DNA of 63,749 nucleotides, filler included, from Octopus bimaculoides (GCF_001194135.2; 7 parts of 6 records of this genome joined end to end with filler, not necessarily neighbours in it), one strand, 5' to 3'; positions 12,190 to 25,959 are shown, numbered from the whole stretch's first letter. Notes: generated by a model not told the origin, from the sequence alone. Made by a program: numbers and translations.

Positions 12190-12775
12190 TGCGACCTCCG
12201 ATTCATGATCAGCACGTGACCTGGGCATTAGTAATGATGCATCTTTTCATGTGACCAATACAACTGACCAGCTACTGGGAAATGTTGAACATTTAAGACT
12301 CTACTCCTTAGAGTGAAACCAGGAAGGCTATGAAGCCATACATGTCTAGAAATTCCCAGATAGGACTAGCATCAAACTTTGGCGCTGAAAGCTGAGCTAA
12401 TCTTTGAGCAGAGTGTTATTACATAGTGCCAAAGATCCAGTACGTGCCATCCACATTTAAGACCAGATATTGCAATAACTTAGGGTATGAAGGCCCATAG
12501 GTTTTCAATATCCTACCAAAAAACTTAGGAGGCGGACATGGTGTGGATGTAGATATTTTCAAAGATGCAACGAAGAATTCTGATGCCTAGAATCCCAGAT
12601 GAGTTTATATTTGCGGCAAAATAATAATTGACGGGAGCAACTTCGATCTCCCTCATTCACTAAATGCCAACTAAAGAAGAAAGCTCAGTAAAAGTGTAGC
12701 AACAACAATGAGGGTGCCCTAGCATGGCCACAACATACGAATTGAAAGAAACGAAAAGTAAGAGATAAAAGATAG
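12190..12775 (+). mobile_element. CR1-type LINE 3' fragment with internal deletion
   Basis: RDLGISNDASFH joined to SYWE, then YIVPKIQYVPSTFKTRYCNNLGYEGP*VFNILPKNL; ggtgccctagcatggcc tail. Confidence 0.85.
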
Positions 12776-13084
12776 AGTTCTTTCTTTGTATGTATGTATG
12801 TATGTATGTATGTATGTATGTATGTATGTATGGATGGATGGATAGATGTATGTGCAGAAGCCTAATATCTTAAGGTTGGTGTATGTATGTATGTGTGTGA
12901 GTATCTATGTGTATGTATGTGTCTAGCTATGTGTATGTGTGTGTGTGTATATCTGTGTGTTTGTGTATGTGTGTTATGTGTCTATCTGTATACATGTATG
13001 CTTCCCATATATTGCAGGTTGACAAACCTACCAACTGCAAACACGGGGAGTGTGGTGGTGCAAACTATAACGTTAACCCTAGTT

Positions 13085-13470
13085 TCGAATTTTGGCACAA
13101 GGACAATTCGGGGGAGGGACTTACATCGACCCCAGGGCTCAAATGGCTCTTGTTTTATCGACCCAGAACTCAGAGCGCAAAGACGGACAAAATGTCGCTA
13201 TGCATTTTGTCAGGCTTGCTAACATACAGTGTGCTCGCAGCCTTAAATTCATGGAATATTGGTTTTAAATTTTGGACAATGCCAGAAATTTTGGAGAAGT
13301 GTTCTGGTCGATAATATCGACCCAGTGTTCAACTGGTACTTAATCTATCATCTCCCGAAAAGATGAAAAGCAACGTCGACCTCGGTGGATTTTGAACCCG
13401 GAACGTGCAAACGGGCGAAATGCCGCTAAGCATTTCGCTCGTCGTGCTAACGATTCTGCCAGCCCATGAA
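13085..13470 (-). mobile_element. SINE family B copies
   Basis: gaaatgccgctaagcatttcgc...gtgctaacg head (reverse) and atcgaccccag core. Confidence 0.75.
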
Positions 13471-13887
13471 ATATTAACCACGTGAAAACATCGTTAACAA
13501 CTGAATAACGTCTCTCGCATCACATTAATAACCGGATAAAACATAGAAGGAAGAATTATTGAAGAGCATGTTAGTTGTTAAGCACACATGTAGATAAATT
13601 ATATTTAAATCCTAAATGAAATTGCTAACGAAAAGTTTTAATTCAAAAATTATAAAAATTGCAATTTATTTAAAAGGAAATGTATGATATTTAGTAAGGA
13701 TTATTTCATGTAAATATAGTGGAATTTATGGAGATAATAAGAATTATGTAGCGATTAGCAACTAATATCTTCCATTTCATATAATGTAAATAAATATTTG
13801 ATTGTTTAATAAGAATAAAGAACTGTTGGTAAATATTCTAGATTCATACATACATACCTACATACATACATACATATATATATATAC

Positions 13888-13919
<32 letters not shown>

Positions 13920-13937
13920 ATGTATACATACATATAT

Positions 13938-13991
<54 letters not shown>

Positions 13992-14452
13992 GAATTGTTA
14001 TGAATACGAACAAGTGGAAGTAAAGAAGAGATGAATTTGAAAATGCACACAGAATATATTAATATTAATTTGATTACTTTTTCAAAATATAGGAATACAC
14101 TTGACCGGTTTCACATTAGATTTCAAAATTGTGTAATGTATGGAGTTGTGTTGCGAATTTTGTCTATTATTCTGGTGGTTGTTATAAAAATGTAGTTTGT
14201 TTTTAAAGTAGGAATGTGGCTCAGAACGCTATCTCTTAAAATTTGATTGGTCAATATACATGTATTAAGCCGACGTGACAGTTGTGCGAGAAGATCAAAT
14301 AAAAACTTTTCACCATTGAATATATCATACGATAAGTAGAGGAGAGAGATATGAATAAATGATGTAATAATTGCTTGCGTAAAATGTTATAGAGAATTAT
14401 TGTTTATTATTCTGTCGAAGAAAAATGATCGTATCAATTAGTGCCAGTTATA

Positions 14453-14484
<32 letters not shown>

Positions 14485-15691
14485 ATGCGTTATCGGACAG
14501 TTCGATGGCGGCGTAGCAAAAAGCTTCGAAGTCACTGACAATATCAGTCTTGTTAAAAAATAATGAATATATACGTTACACTGAATATTGAGTGATCGTT
14601 TAGTTTAACGTAAAATAGTTTTTATTATAACTTGGAATGAAAAGAAACATCAATGTATATATATATATATATATATATAATGTATATATGTAAATATATA
14701 AATATATATATATANNNNNNNNNNATACGTTACACTGAATATTGAGTGATCGTTTAGTTTAACGTAAAATAGTTTTTATTATAACTTGGAATGAAAAGAA
14801 ACATCAATGTATATATATATATATATATGAATATATACGTCTAGGGAGGGATGAAGAGAGAGAAAGGGAGAAGGGAGAGTAAAAGAAGTGAGAATAATTT
14901 AACTCTGGAATATCTCAACATGGAATTTTCTTTATCTTTCAAAAGATAATCTCACCGGGAATCTCTTTGTGATCCAGAAAATGTTGAAGAATTTGTAGAA
15001 AACAAGGCTTTATAAAAAAATAACAGTAAAAATAAACTAGATTAGTATTTGACAAATTCTATAAATTTTTGTATTTTTTATAAAAACTGAATGACATTTA
15101 ATTCTAATCTGAAATATGATAAAAATGTGTAAAATTATACAAATTTATCAATAACGTAAACTGAAAAAGTATTTCCCGATATCTTCTTTCAAAAAAATTG
15201 TTATATAAACGGAATGATGAAATTTTCAGGTTAGTAAGTTTATAGAAAAAAAAATTCTGTATAAAAATGATGTAAGGTAAACTGATTAAAGAAAGAAGTC
15301 AGTGTGTGAATTATTAATGTTTTGTGGAAAGTACTAAGACGCAGCACGTAAATATTTATTGAAGAAGACATATTGAGATGGAAATGATGTTTGAAGAAGG
15401 AGTAAATAAAGAAGAAGGGAACACGGAATTCAGTAATGAATTTCATTGGCTTACAGCTGTTTCTGCTTTGAGATGCAATGCTTGTATATTCCCCTTGTAT
15501 ATTTACATACGTACACACATACACACACACACGCACATACACACACACACACACACACACCTGCGCACATATATATATATGTATAACGAAGAACTTCTTA
15601 CAGCCTTTGGTACAGATTAAACTTGATGAAGCTAAACTGTATTTCACAGAATTAATTTATAAATAAAACACAAAAATTTTTTAAATACATG

Positions 15692-16385
15692 TCATACGTA
15701 TCTTACATTTGGCCTACATTGGTTGCAATCAAATAATGCATTGCATTTCTCCCGACTCTCTGCGACATGGTCAGGTGGTAGACCAGCCATCTTGTTCTTA
15801 AATCTCGTGTTAGTTATATCTGAGATTTTAGTTTTGAAGACGCTTAACTTTAGAGTGTTGTTATATACTGGTGCATGTTGATCAAAAGTCTCTTCGATTG
15901 CGAACAAATTAGAGATTCTGATCGAAATGGCAGTAACGATGCTATCAATAGTAGATTTCGGATGATTGGAGGAGACTTTGATATATGAAATGGATTTGTT
16001 TGGCTTACGAAATGGGTAGTATAAACTCGTATCCAAATTCAGATTATCATCCAAGAAGTTCACCACTCTGGAGTTATCATAAAAAATAATGCTAAGATTA
16101 AAGAAATCCTTTAAGAAGCATCTCAGAGATTTCTTCAATCTATTCAATGCAGTTTTAGACTGGCCACGTACAGCTAGAAGTGCATCATCCTTATATAACC
16201 CTCAGTAAGGTGGGGGAAAACTATCCCTAATCTGCGAAAGGAGGTATAGGCCTACTAAATCGGTCCTTTGTGCTGAATCCATAGTAATGTCAATGAAATT
16301 AGTGGAATCAGCCCTCCTACGATTACACTCGTTGAAAGTGATGAGGGTCTCCTTGCCGTTAACATTATATCAGTAGCCAAACTCG
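15692..16385 (-). mobile_element. Penelope-like element RT fragment
   Basis: FDITMDS..DLVGLYLLSQI..GLYKDDAL (YRDD-type motif), VVNFLDDNLNL, YYPFRKPN, SSNHPKS. Confidence 0.9.
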
Positions 16386-16424
16386 GGATATTCGCAAATT
16401 TCATATGTGTGTGTGTATATATTA

Positions 16425-16459
<35 letters not shown>

Positions 16460-16472
16460 GTATATATATATG

Positions 16473-16504
<32 letters not shown>

Positions 16505-17269
16505 TGTATGTATGCCTGTGTATAAATGTATATATATATAAATGTATACATATATANNNNNNNNNNNNNNNNNNNNNNNNNNNNNNNNNNNNNNNNNNNN
16601 NNNNNNNNNNNNNNNNNNNNNNNNNNNNNNNNNNNNNNNNNNNNNNNNNNNNNNNNNNNNNNNNNNNNNNNNNNNNNNNNNNNNNNNNNNNNNNNNNNNN
16701 NNNNNNNNNNNNNNNNNNNNNNNNNNNNNNNNNNNNNNNNNNNNNNNNNNNNNNNNNNNNNNNNNNNNNNNNNNNNNNNNNNNNNNNNNNNNNNNNNNNN
16801 NNNNNNNNNNNNNNNNNNNNNNNNNNNNNNNNNNNNNNNNNNNNNNNNNNNNNNNNNNNNNNNNNNNNNNNNNNNNNNNNNNNNNNNNNNNNNNNNNNNN
16901 NNNNNNNNNNNNNNNNNNNNNNNNNNNNNNNNNNNNNNNNNNNNNNNNNNNNNNNNNNNNNNNNNNNNNNNNNNNNNNNNNNNNNNNNNNNNNNNNNNNN
17001 NNNNNNNNNNNNNNNNNNNNNNNNNNNNNNNNNNNNNNNNNNNNNNNNNNNNNNNNNNNNNNNNNNNNNNNNNNNNNNNNNNNNNNNNNNNNNNNNNNNN
17101 NNNNNNNNNNNNNNNNNNNNNNNNNNNNNNNNNNNNNNNNNNNNNNNNNNNNNNNNNNNNNNNNNNNNNNNNNNNNNNNNNNNNNNNNNNNNNNNNNNNN
17201 NNNNNNNNNNNNNNNNNNNNNATATATATATATATATATATATATATAGATAGATAGATAGATAGATAG

Positions 17270-17302
<33 letters not shown>

Positions 17303-18778
17303 GATAGATAGATCTTTACAGACCTTCATATACAGTATACACCGATTATAGAGTGAGTTGACAATTAAGTAGGGGGAGACAATATATGCATACCCAACTC
17401 ATCAGCAGATGGCACTAAAATATCTGCTGGAAGTCAACGTGTATCTAATCTAGACAATCTTTAACAACAGATGTTCGTCGATGCGCTACACCACCACCGT
17501 CGCCACCAGCGGCGGCGACGACGACGACGACGACGCCGACGGAAGGACTCCTCCATGCAACCTCCAAAGTTGTCATTTATATGTAAAGACTTAAGTCGGA
17601 TTATCTCTCCGTCCCTATATTCGTCTGTTCCCTTCAGTTTATATCTCGCTCTCTCAGTCTCTTGTCTTTCGCTATAATCTATCTCAAACCCATGTTTCTT
17701 TCAGCATCGTTTTATTTTAATCGAGCTTTGTTTAGTAAAACAGCCGATATCCATGTTAATGCGAGCCTCTAATCTGATCATCGTTGATGAAGATAACATC
17801 AACTCGAGAAAGTAAAGAGCAAATAAAATGAAGAATAATAAATACACTATAAAACATTCCTAAAAATATGTTTTGTAGTAAAAGAAGACAAGGTATTATT
17901 GTATATTGATAATAATATATACGGCGAAGAATTTCAAAATAAAATGTTGGCTTTGTATATCAGCGGTTGAAAATGGCGGAAGGTTGTGATGAAAGTTTTT
18001 TTTATATTGATGACGTATATAGAAGAGCAGAAAGATTATTCAGACATTGTTTAATCCTAGCCATCATTTTATATCGTATTGGTCTGGGTTTCCGTTTTAG
18101 AGTCTCAGTGATTAGACTCAGATAAACTTAATAGAGCAAATTTGCCGGTGACACGCCAACCCATTCTTACAAAGAAAAGTTTTCTTCCGTTTTCTCACGA
18201 ATATCTTCTATGATTCTTTTCGTGTCACCTGACGTCCTTCTGCCTGACGCAAAGTTTTAACTGTTGAACGTATTCTACTGCGTAGTTTCAGTAGATGAGC
18301 CAAGTATGCGACGTGGTTTGAACTAATGAGCTTCGTCTGTCAGGTGATTTCAAATGATGTGTCTTTCCCTAAGACACACCACGTGTTTTACACTGATATG
18401 TCTCATCTATGAAACAGTTTCAACATTTTCAGCCCTACATTTATACAGCGCTACCCGAATTTATTTTGTCGCAAAACGCTTATACGATTTTGCTAACAGC
18501 CAACCAAGTCTTAATGAAATACTAAATGACGTAAAAATTGTTTTAGAGAGAAAATTAATGTTTTAAACATATATAAAGCAAACGATCAAAAATTTCACGG
18601 ATAGATCATAAGTTATATTCAACAGTTGTTTCATTAGAGATAACGTCGTTAATTCATAAATGAAAAGCAAGATGGAATACACAGGGGAAAAAACCAGAGA
18701 GAAGAGGAGTAGAGACGAACAACAAATTGTCATTGAAGAGGTCACAGAATATGGGACAAAAGTCCTTTGACAAATACA

Positions 18779-18784
18779 ATAATG

Positions 18785-18853
<69 letters not shown>

Positions 18854-18970
18854 GAGTAAAAATAAAAAGAAGAATGCCATTGTCATCTAGTGAATGACAT
18901 TTCAACATCTTGTGTGTCTTCAACAAGTTCAAATAATAATAATAATGATGATGATGATGATGATGATGAT
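18779..18970. repeat. (AAT)n and (GAT)n microsatellites
   Basis: Direct reading. Confidence 0.95.
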
Positions 18971-18999
18971 AGTGGTGGTAAACCTAGTGGTGGTAAACC

Positions 19000-19420
19000 T
19001 AGTGGTGGTAGACAAGGTGCATTGCATAGGCTATATAGTTGATGCTGCATGTCCCTTTGACCCACGAAGGAAAGCGAAAAGATAAATAAATACAACTCTC
19101 TTAAGTACGAAATGTCCCGGCTACGGAAAATGAAGGTGAAGATGGTGCCAATCACCGTTGAGTCCTCAGGAACGGTATCAGAATGCATCAAGGGGAATGG
19201 AGTATAAAGGAAATGGAAATAGAGTGCCCAGTAGCAATGTTACGAAAGGTTTGCCTCTTTGGCATGGCCAGAATAATCAGGAAAGTATCAAATAACTGAA
19301 AAGAATGGATAGCATGGTACTGTAAGCTGCAGGTAATAATCCCGCTATGCATGCAAGACTCCAGAAGCTCCAACAAAATCTGTGATAACGATAAATAATA
19401 ATAATGATGATAATAATAAT
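19000..19420 (+). mobile_element. R4/Dong-type non-LTR retrotransposon 3' end (restriction-like endonuclease) with (TAA)n tail
   Basis: VVVDK..IVDAACPFD..KINKYNSLKYEMSRL..VKMVPITVESSGTV..MLRKVCLFGMARIIRKV. Confidence 0.85.
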
Positions 19421-19563
19421 GGAAAGTGCGGGTAAAATGTATACCAATAGTTATAGGTGCATTGGGAACTATCCCTGAAGATCTGAAAACATGGATAGAG
19501 GAAATAGGCATAAAACCCAGTTTGTACAGCTCCAGAAAACAGTGTTATTAGGAGCATCTAAGG
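19421..19563 (+). mobile_element. Second R4/Dong-type 3' fragment
   Basis: KVRVKCIPIVIGALGTIPEDLKTWIEEIGI..LQKTVLLGASK. Confidence 0.85.
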
Positions 19564-19779
19564 TTACTTGTTGTAGCCCAATGTTAGGAATTTTTCTTTT
19601 CCAACAATAAAAACAACAGCAACAACAAAGTGAAGATCAAATAAACAGTGCGTGTGTTTACTGGAAAAATTCTCATTCTCCCAAATGTAACAATACATGT
19701 TTCAACACACGATTTCACATCAAGAATCTTTTATTCTTTTTCTTTTTTATTCTTTTATTTGTTTCATTCATTTGACTGC

Positions 19780-20110
19780 GTCCATGCTGGAGCACCGCCT
19801 TTCGTCGAACAGATCGACGCCAGAACTTATTTTTTTTAAAGCCTAGTACTTATTCTATCGGTCTTCTTTTGCCGAACCGCTAAGTTACGGGACGTAAACA
19901 CACCAACATCGGTTGTGAAGCGATGGTGGGGGAACACAGACACACAAACACATACACACACACACACACACAGTTTCCGTCTACCTAATCCACTCGTAAG
20001 TCTTTGGTCGGCCCGAGGCTAGAGTAGAAGACACTTGCCCAAGGTACCACGCAGTGGGACTGAACTCGGACCATGTGGTTGCTAAGCAAGCTGCTTACCA
20101 CACAACAACA
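19780..20110 (-). mobile_element. SINE family A
   Basis: Near full-length reverse copy, CpGs retained. Confidence 0.85.
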
Positions 20111-20764
20111 CCTGCGCTTATGTTCATATTTTTAAAAAAAGTCTTTCAAGTCATGAGGAGGAGCTGTGCTCATGCTTTTTTACAAAGACTCCGTGACTTG
20201 GCGCTGAAAGGAGAAAACTATTCTGAAATCGGGTACCTGGCTACAAGATTTGCAACAGCGAAGAATTTTCCGTTAATAGACAAAGTGTCAAGTGATGGAG
20301 ATTAATTGGGCAATGGAATAAATCTGATATGACGGGAATTGAACTGAGAGCGCAAAGAATCAGAGCAAGTACCACAAGGTACTTCCATCGACCACACCGA
20401 AATGGAATGGTAGTATTTTTATCGACACCGAAAACATGAAAAACAAACTTATACATTTAGTGGCGTTTCATATGAATTTCTCTTGTGAACGGTCATCTTT
20501 TTATTTTCATCCAGTTAGAGAGTAGCTTCCAACCCCCCCTCTAACTTCTCTTGGATGCTCTAGAAAGGATCATTGACACAACCTTGCTTCCTGTGTAAAA
20601 AAAAACAACAAAAAAAAAACAGTAAAATATCGACCATGTTGACTTTGTCAAACAAAGAGAATTTCATACAAGCCATCCTTTCTTATGAGACTCAATATAT
20701 GACATTAATGAGTACCTCATAATAAATTAAATAGCAAAAATATAAAAACACTAGTGAGTATCTC

Positions 20765-20985
20765 ATTTCTTTATTGTCCTCAAGGGGCTAAACATAGAGG
20801 GGACAGACAAAAGGATTAAGTCGATTACATTGACCCCAGTGCGTAACTGGTACTTAATTTATAGACCCCGAAAGGATGAAAGGCAAAGTCGACCTCGGCG
20901 GAATTTGAACTCAGAACGTAACGGCAGACGAAATACCGCTAAGCATTTCGCCCGGCGTGCTAACGTTTCTGCCAGGTCGCCGCCT
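20765..20985 (-). mobile_element. SINE family B, near full length
   Basis: ggcagaaacgttagcacgccgggcgaaatgcttagcgg head, gttctgagttcaaattccgccgaggtcgac B-box region. Confidence 0.85.
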
Positions 20986-21752
20986 TCACTAGTGAGTATC
21001 TGTGTTTACAGGATGACGGTTTGTAAGAGGCAAAAAGATTAATTAATTTTCGAGTGTAATAAAACGCACCTGACGTTTTGGATGCAAAACCATCATCAGA
21101 ATGCATAAGAAATAAGCGGACGAGGAGACAAAGAGGGGGGAACAGAAAGTAGATGACGAAATTATTTCAGCGGAGGAGAGAGGTAGAATATGAGATGCAA
21201 GGCGACTGACTAATTTCATGATTCAAGGTGAAGAACATGAAAAACGCGGAGCATCTAGAGGGGGAAATTATAACTCACGGCAAGACTAAGGTCTTGGCTT
21301 CAACTGGAATGAACTTATAAAAAAAAATATAGTCTAGGAATCTCGTATGCATTATTACAGAAGCAGGCATTTGACGAAGGAAAGAAAGAAAAACAAGATA
21401 TATAAATATATGGAGCTGGGGGAGATATAGATACAGGAATGAATAAATAGCTTAAAAGCAAACACGATTTAAATAGGTGTGAGTATATATAACCATAGTT
21501 AGGTTACAGCTAATATAATCTTTATTGCTGTGCACTCGGTTACATGGGTGAGCATTATGAATGGTATCAAGTATACATTGGAAAGTAAAGAAATATAGAC
21601 TAAAACACCTGAGGCTATTCCATATATATGTATATATATATGTATATATATACATATATATATATATACATATATATACATATATATATACATATAAATA
21701 CATATATANNNNNNNNNNNNNNNNNNNNNNNNNNNNNNNNNNNNNNNNNNNN

Positions 21753-21764
21753 TTAATTAATTAA
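21753..21764. other. Artificial scaffold linker TTAATTAATTAA in a 100-bp N gap (also 32097-32108, 48352-48363, 53621-53632, 59884-59895, 62563-62574)
   Basis: Identical 44N+12+44N layout six times; the palindrome gives stops in all six frames. Confidence 0.95.
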
Positions 21765-22622
21765 NNNNNNNNNNNNNNNNNNNNNNNNNNNNNNNNNNNN
21801 NNNNNNNNACATAACCATATAAACACACACACTTTACGTCACACAAGGACACTTATGGAGACATGTGTCCACACAAATGGAGATGCACATCCATACATAC
21901 AAACACAGTACATAGTTGCAAAACACACACACAGACATACACACACAAGGACACAGAAGTGCATACATATATAAACACACGCACACACACACATACATAA
22001 AAACACAAACACGGACACGCAAGCACATGAATATGCAGGATACATACATACAGATGCATACACATATATACATATGCATTCACACACATATATACATACA
22101 TACACATACATACATACATACATATATATATACATACATACGTATATACATACATATATACATACATACATTCATACATACATGCATGCATAGGCACACA
22201 CACACACACATTCGCAGAAACAAACAAAAAGCAACGCAGTGTAAATAACGGACAGAGTCAAGACTATTGAAAAGGTTGCAAGACGCAATGAACATTTTTG
22301 GAAAATAAAAATAAGAAATAAGTGGAAATTTTTCCGGTGAGTGTGTGAAATTTTAAGGCACAAAAAGAAAATGACTCACCCCAGGCACAACAGAATATGT
22401 TTCAACACACGAACTTACATAAAGAATCTTGCAAACCAAATCCAAAACCGAAAAAAAAATAATAATATATAAATATGTATGTATGCATGTATGTATGTAT
22501 GTATGTATGTATGTATGTATATAGACACACACATATATAACACAAGATTCTTCATTGTGTGGCATATTTTGTGACCTTATCAGTCGGTAGTGTTAAGCAT
22601 TAGAAAGAGATAAGCTGTTATG

Positions 22623-22812
22623 ACTGGATTTGGTTGCATCAGATACATGGAAAGTCTCGATAAGATTGTTGATTCTCTTTAGTTTCAGATTAAGCTAATC
22701 TTTGATAAGAAACATTCCTTCCGTGACTATCCCATGCATTTCCTGTGTACAGAGAATCCAGCATCATAATTTCTGATTTACTTTAGGTTGGCCGAGTTTG
22801 ATATGAGGGAAC
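22623..22812 (-). pseudogene. pogo/Tigger CENP-B-type HTH relic, copy A
   Basis: 190-bp near-identical paralog of 27388-27577. Confidence 0.7.
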
Positions 22813-25345
22813 GTCTGCTGACGTATGATTACGAATCAGGATATGCTGAATCAACTGGTGTGAACATTTGACCGGGAAGCGTCAAGGTGGTGCCGTAAAG
22901 AAGTTCGGCTGAGGAGAAACCTAAATCTGTCTTAACAGCGGAACAGCAGCCAAGAAGAACAATTGGTAGGAATTCGGTTCAACGTTGCGGGTCGTTCTAT
23001 CATTCCATTGGAAGCTGGGTGAGCATCCAAGAGTCATGATTTTTCACGGAATAAAGAAGCTTCTAACTGGCGTCCCCTATCAGTGGTTATTTTAGATGGG
23101 ACACCAAAGCGCGCCACCCAATTGGAAATGAACGCTTGGGCGACGGATTCAGCTGTGATGTCAAACAGAGGTATGGCTTCAGGCCATCGAGAGAAACAAT
23201 CGATGCCAGTCAGGATATACGCGAGACCGTGACTAACGGGCCAGAGTCGAACAAAGTCGATGTTGAAATGACGGAAACGAGCGTCTGGTGGGTTGAATTT
23301 TCCGAGAGGAGCACGAATATGTCGATGGACCTTGGTGCGTTGACACTGCCAACAAGAACGTGTCCAACTGGTGATTATACGGCGTATGTTAGGCCAGAAG
23401 AAACGGGCTGTAATGAGCTTTACCGTGGCGGCTATGCCGAGATGCGACAAGGAATGAAGAGCATCGAAAACGGTACGCTGATGACGATGTGGAACAAGTG
23501 GTCTAGATGAGCCGGTAGAGATGTCACAAAGCATCCGTCCTTCAGCAGACGGAATGGGTAAGTATTTAAATCTGCAACAGGAATATTGGTTGTAAGAAGT
23601 GTCCAAAGAGTCAAAAGAAGGTTGGTTTGTGGCGATAGCAACCAAATCGATGTGTGCAGGAGAAGAAACTGAACACACAGGGAGTCTGGATAATGCTTCA
23701 GCAGGTATGTTTGCAGATCTGGCTATATGACGAATATCGCTGGTATATTGCGAGATGAAATCCAAGGGTCTTTGTCCTCGGTGAGTATTTATCGGACTTG
23801 GATTGAAGAGCGAATGTAAGAGGTTTATGATCTGTGAACTCCCGACCTTCTACGAGAGCGCGGAAGTGTCTCACAGCAAGATAAACTGGTAAGAGCTCTC
23901 TGTCAAAAATACTGTAACGCTGTTCTGCTGGCTTGAGTTGACGTGAGAAAAAAGCAAGTGGTTGAGATTTCTGGTCGATGATGTTCTTGAACGGCACTGA
24001 CAGCGGTCGTGGACTCGTCTACGGTTAGGGATAGTCTTGCGTTTGTAGTAGGATGAACGAGAAAGGAAACTTTAGCTAATTCAGACTTTACGGAGTCGAA
24101 AGCTCGCAAGGCATCAACAGAAAGGGAAATAGATGCGTCTTTCTTGTTTGCGGATTTCAAAAGTTGTGCCAGTGGGAACAACTTGTCCGCGCAGTTCGGG
24201 ATGAAAGTTCTGTAAAAATTTGTTAATCCCCCAAAATGACGTACTTGTCTCAATGAAGTAGTGGGTGCGATTTTCTGAATAGCATCCACTTTAGAATGGA
24301 GGGGTCGAATACCCTCTGCGTCTATAAGATGTCCAAAGAATTCTAATGAAGTTGTACCGAATACACATTTAGCTGGATTGATCTTTACATGATACGTTCG
24401 CATACGTTGGAATAACTGAGATAGTTGTTGATGACCAATAGGTCTAAAATCTGCTTCACCCTTCCGAGATAAATGTAGCGGAGATGCCCAAGGACTGGTA
24501 GAAGGACGTATAAAACCAAGCTGGAGCATGTGCTCGAATTCAGCGCGGGCTTTCTTCAGCCTGTCCGGCGCGAGTCTACGTGGACGAGAGAAAATGGCTG
24601 GACTAGTTGTAATAAAATGTTGAGTCGAGTGGACTGTTCGGGTAGGTTTAAATGAGAGATCCGTTAACTCAGGAAACGAGGCAAGAAGAGTATGGAACTG
24701 GTTACTGGCAGCAGCTACAAAAAATGACAGGCTGAGGATAGCAGTGATAGATTCATAAACAGGCGTAAAGATGTAGTATCCACAAGTCTCTGTTCGCTGA
24801 CATCTACCAGAAGTGAACAGTGGTGTAAAAAATCCGCTCCGAGGACAGGATGAAGCAGGTCAGCAATGACAAAAGTCCATTTAAAATCCCAACGCAAGTC
24901 AAGGTCTAGAGTTAAAGATAACAGACCGTGGGTTTTGATGGGAGACTGGTTCACCGTGTATAAGGAAATACTGGGTAACTGTGGCTTGTTAGAGCTGAAC
25001 CGTAATGGCAAAATACTGCTGCTTGATCCTGTATCGACCACGAACAACCTGTTTGAGACTAGGTCCCCTAATGTAGAAAGCACGATTAGCTGAAAAGTTG
25101 AGAGAGAGGTCTGACGTACCCAGACTCTATAGGTTCAGTTTTCTGACACTTTAAAACCACAAGGCTTGTTACAGTGACATGCTTTGTCGTGAAAACGTGC
25201 GTGGTACCAACACACCAAAGAATTGTTGGTTTAAAAAGTGTTACGTCGTTTAGAAGAGAAGGAACGGCTTCGCGAACGCCGACTAACATGACAGAATTGA
25301 GCTATTTGGCGTGGATTGTGTGGTCGTCTTTGTTTATTTCCAAAT
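22812..25345 (-). mobile_element. Gypsy LTR retrotransposon internal region, CsRn1/Kabuki-like (gag end, PR, deleted RT, RNase H, IN); no LTRs seen
   Basis: Gag CWYHARFHDKACHCNKPC (CHCC motif); protease VVDTGS; RT IRPSTSPWASPLH..KINPAKC; RNase H YSIFDRELL..TDHKPL; integrase [26 protein letters not shown]. Confidence 0.95.
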
Positions 25346-25959
25346 TGCTTAGCAGTGGAGAGATCTAGATATGAAACACATAGATATCTCCTGAAATCGA
25401 GTACATTTTTATGTTTCCCCCTTTCCCTCATGGATCAGTTTGTAAATAGTCCATGCGTTTACAACAGTCATATCAATAACTCCAGTCAACAAATAATGGC
25501 CATTCTCTTTTCTGACTATTTCACCAATTCCCACCAACACAGCCCTCCTCTCTTCCACCTCTACTACTATTACTCCCTACTAATCTCTTTATTAACCCCT
25601 CACTCTTGAAATTTATTTTCTCCTCTCACTATTCCCTATCTGAAAACCTCCCCAATTTCCTCCTCTAATACACCTAGCTCTCCACGTATTCATTCTATCT
25701 TTGAACTTCTTTTCTTTAACATCTCAAATGTAAGATCTCTCCCCTGAAGATGGAAGCTCGTCTCATTCTACGATGGAATCAAGCTACAAGCATTATTTTG
25801 GACCACCGACTCCCCAGAAACAGTTGTTGGATTTGTTATACCTTTCTTCAACACCTTTATTTATCTGTATCATTTGCATTCTGTGTAAGTCGGATATACA
25901 CATACGCAATATACTTTATATATTGACCCGTCTAACTTGCTTTTCCCTGCATTCACGTA

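Noticed and set aside
14569-14830. ~105-bp exact direct repeat around a 10-N gap
   Set aside because: Typical unmerged contig-end overlap, an assembly artefact.
18354-18566. 70-aa ORF with a hydrophobic start and a KR site (peptide-precursor-like)
   Set aside because: No convincing signal peptide or family motif; length is within chance.
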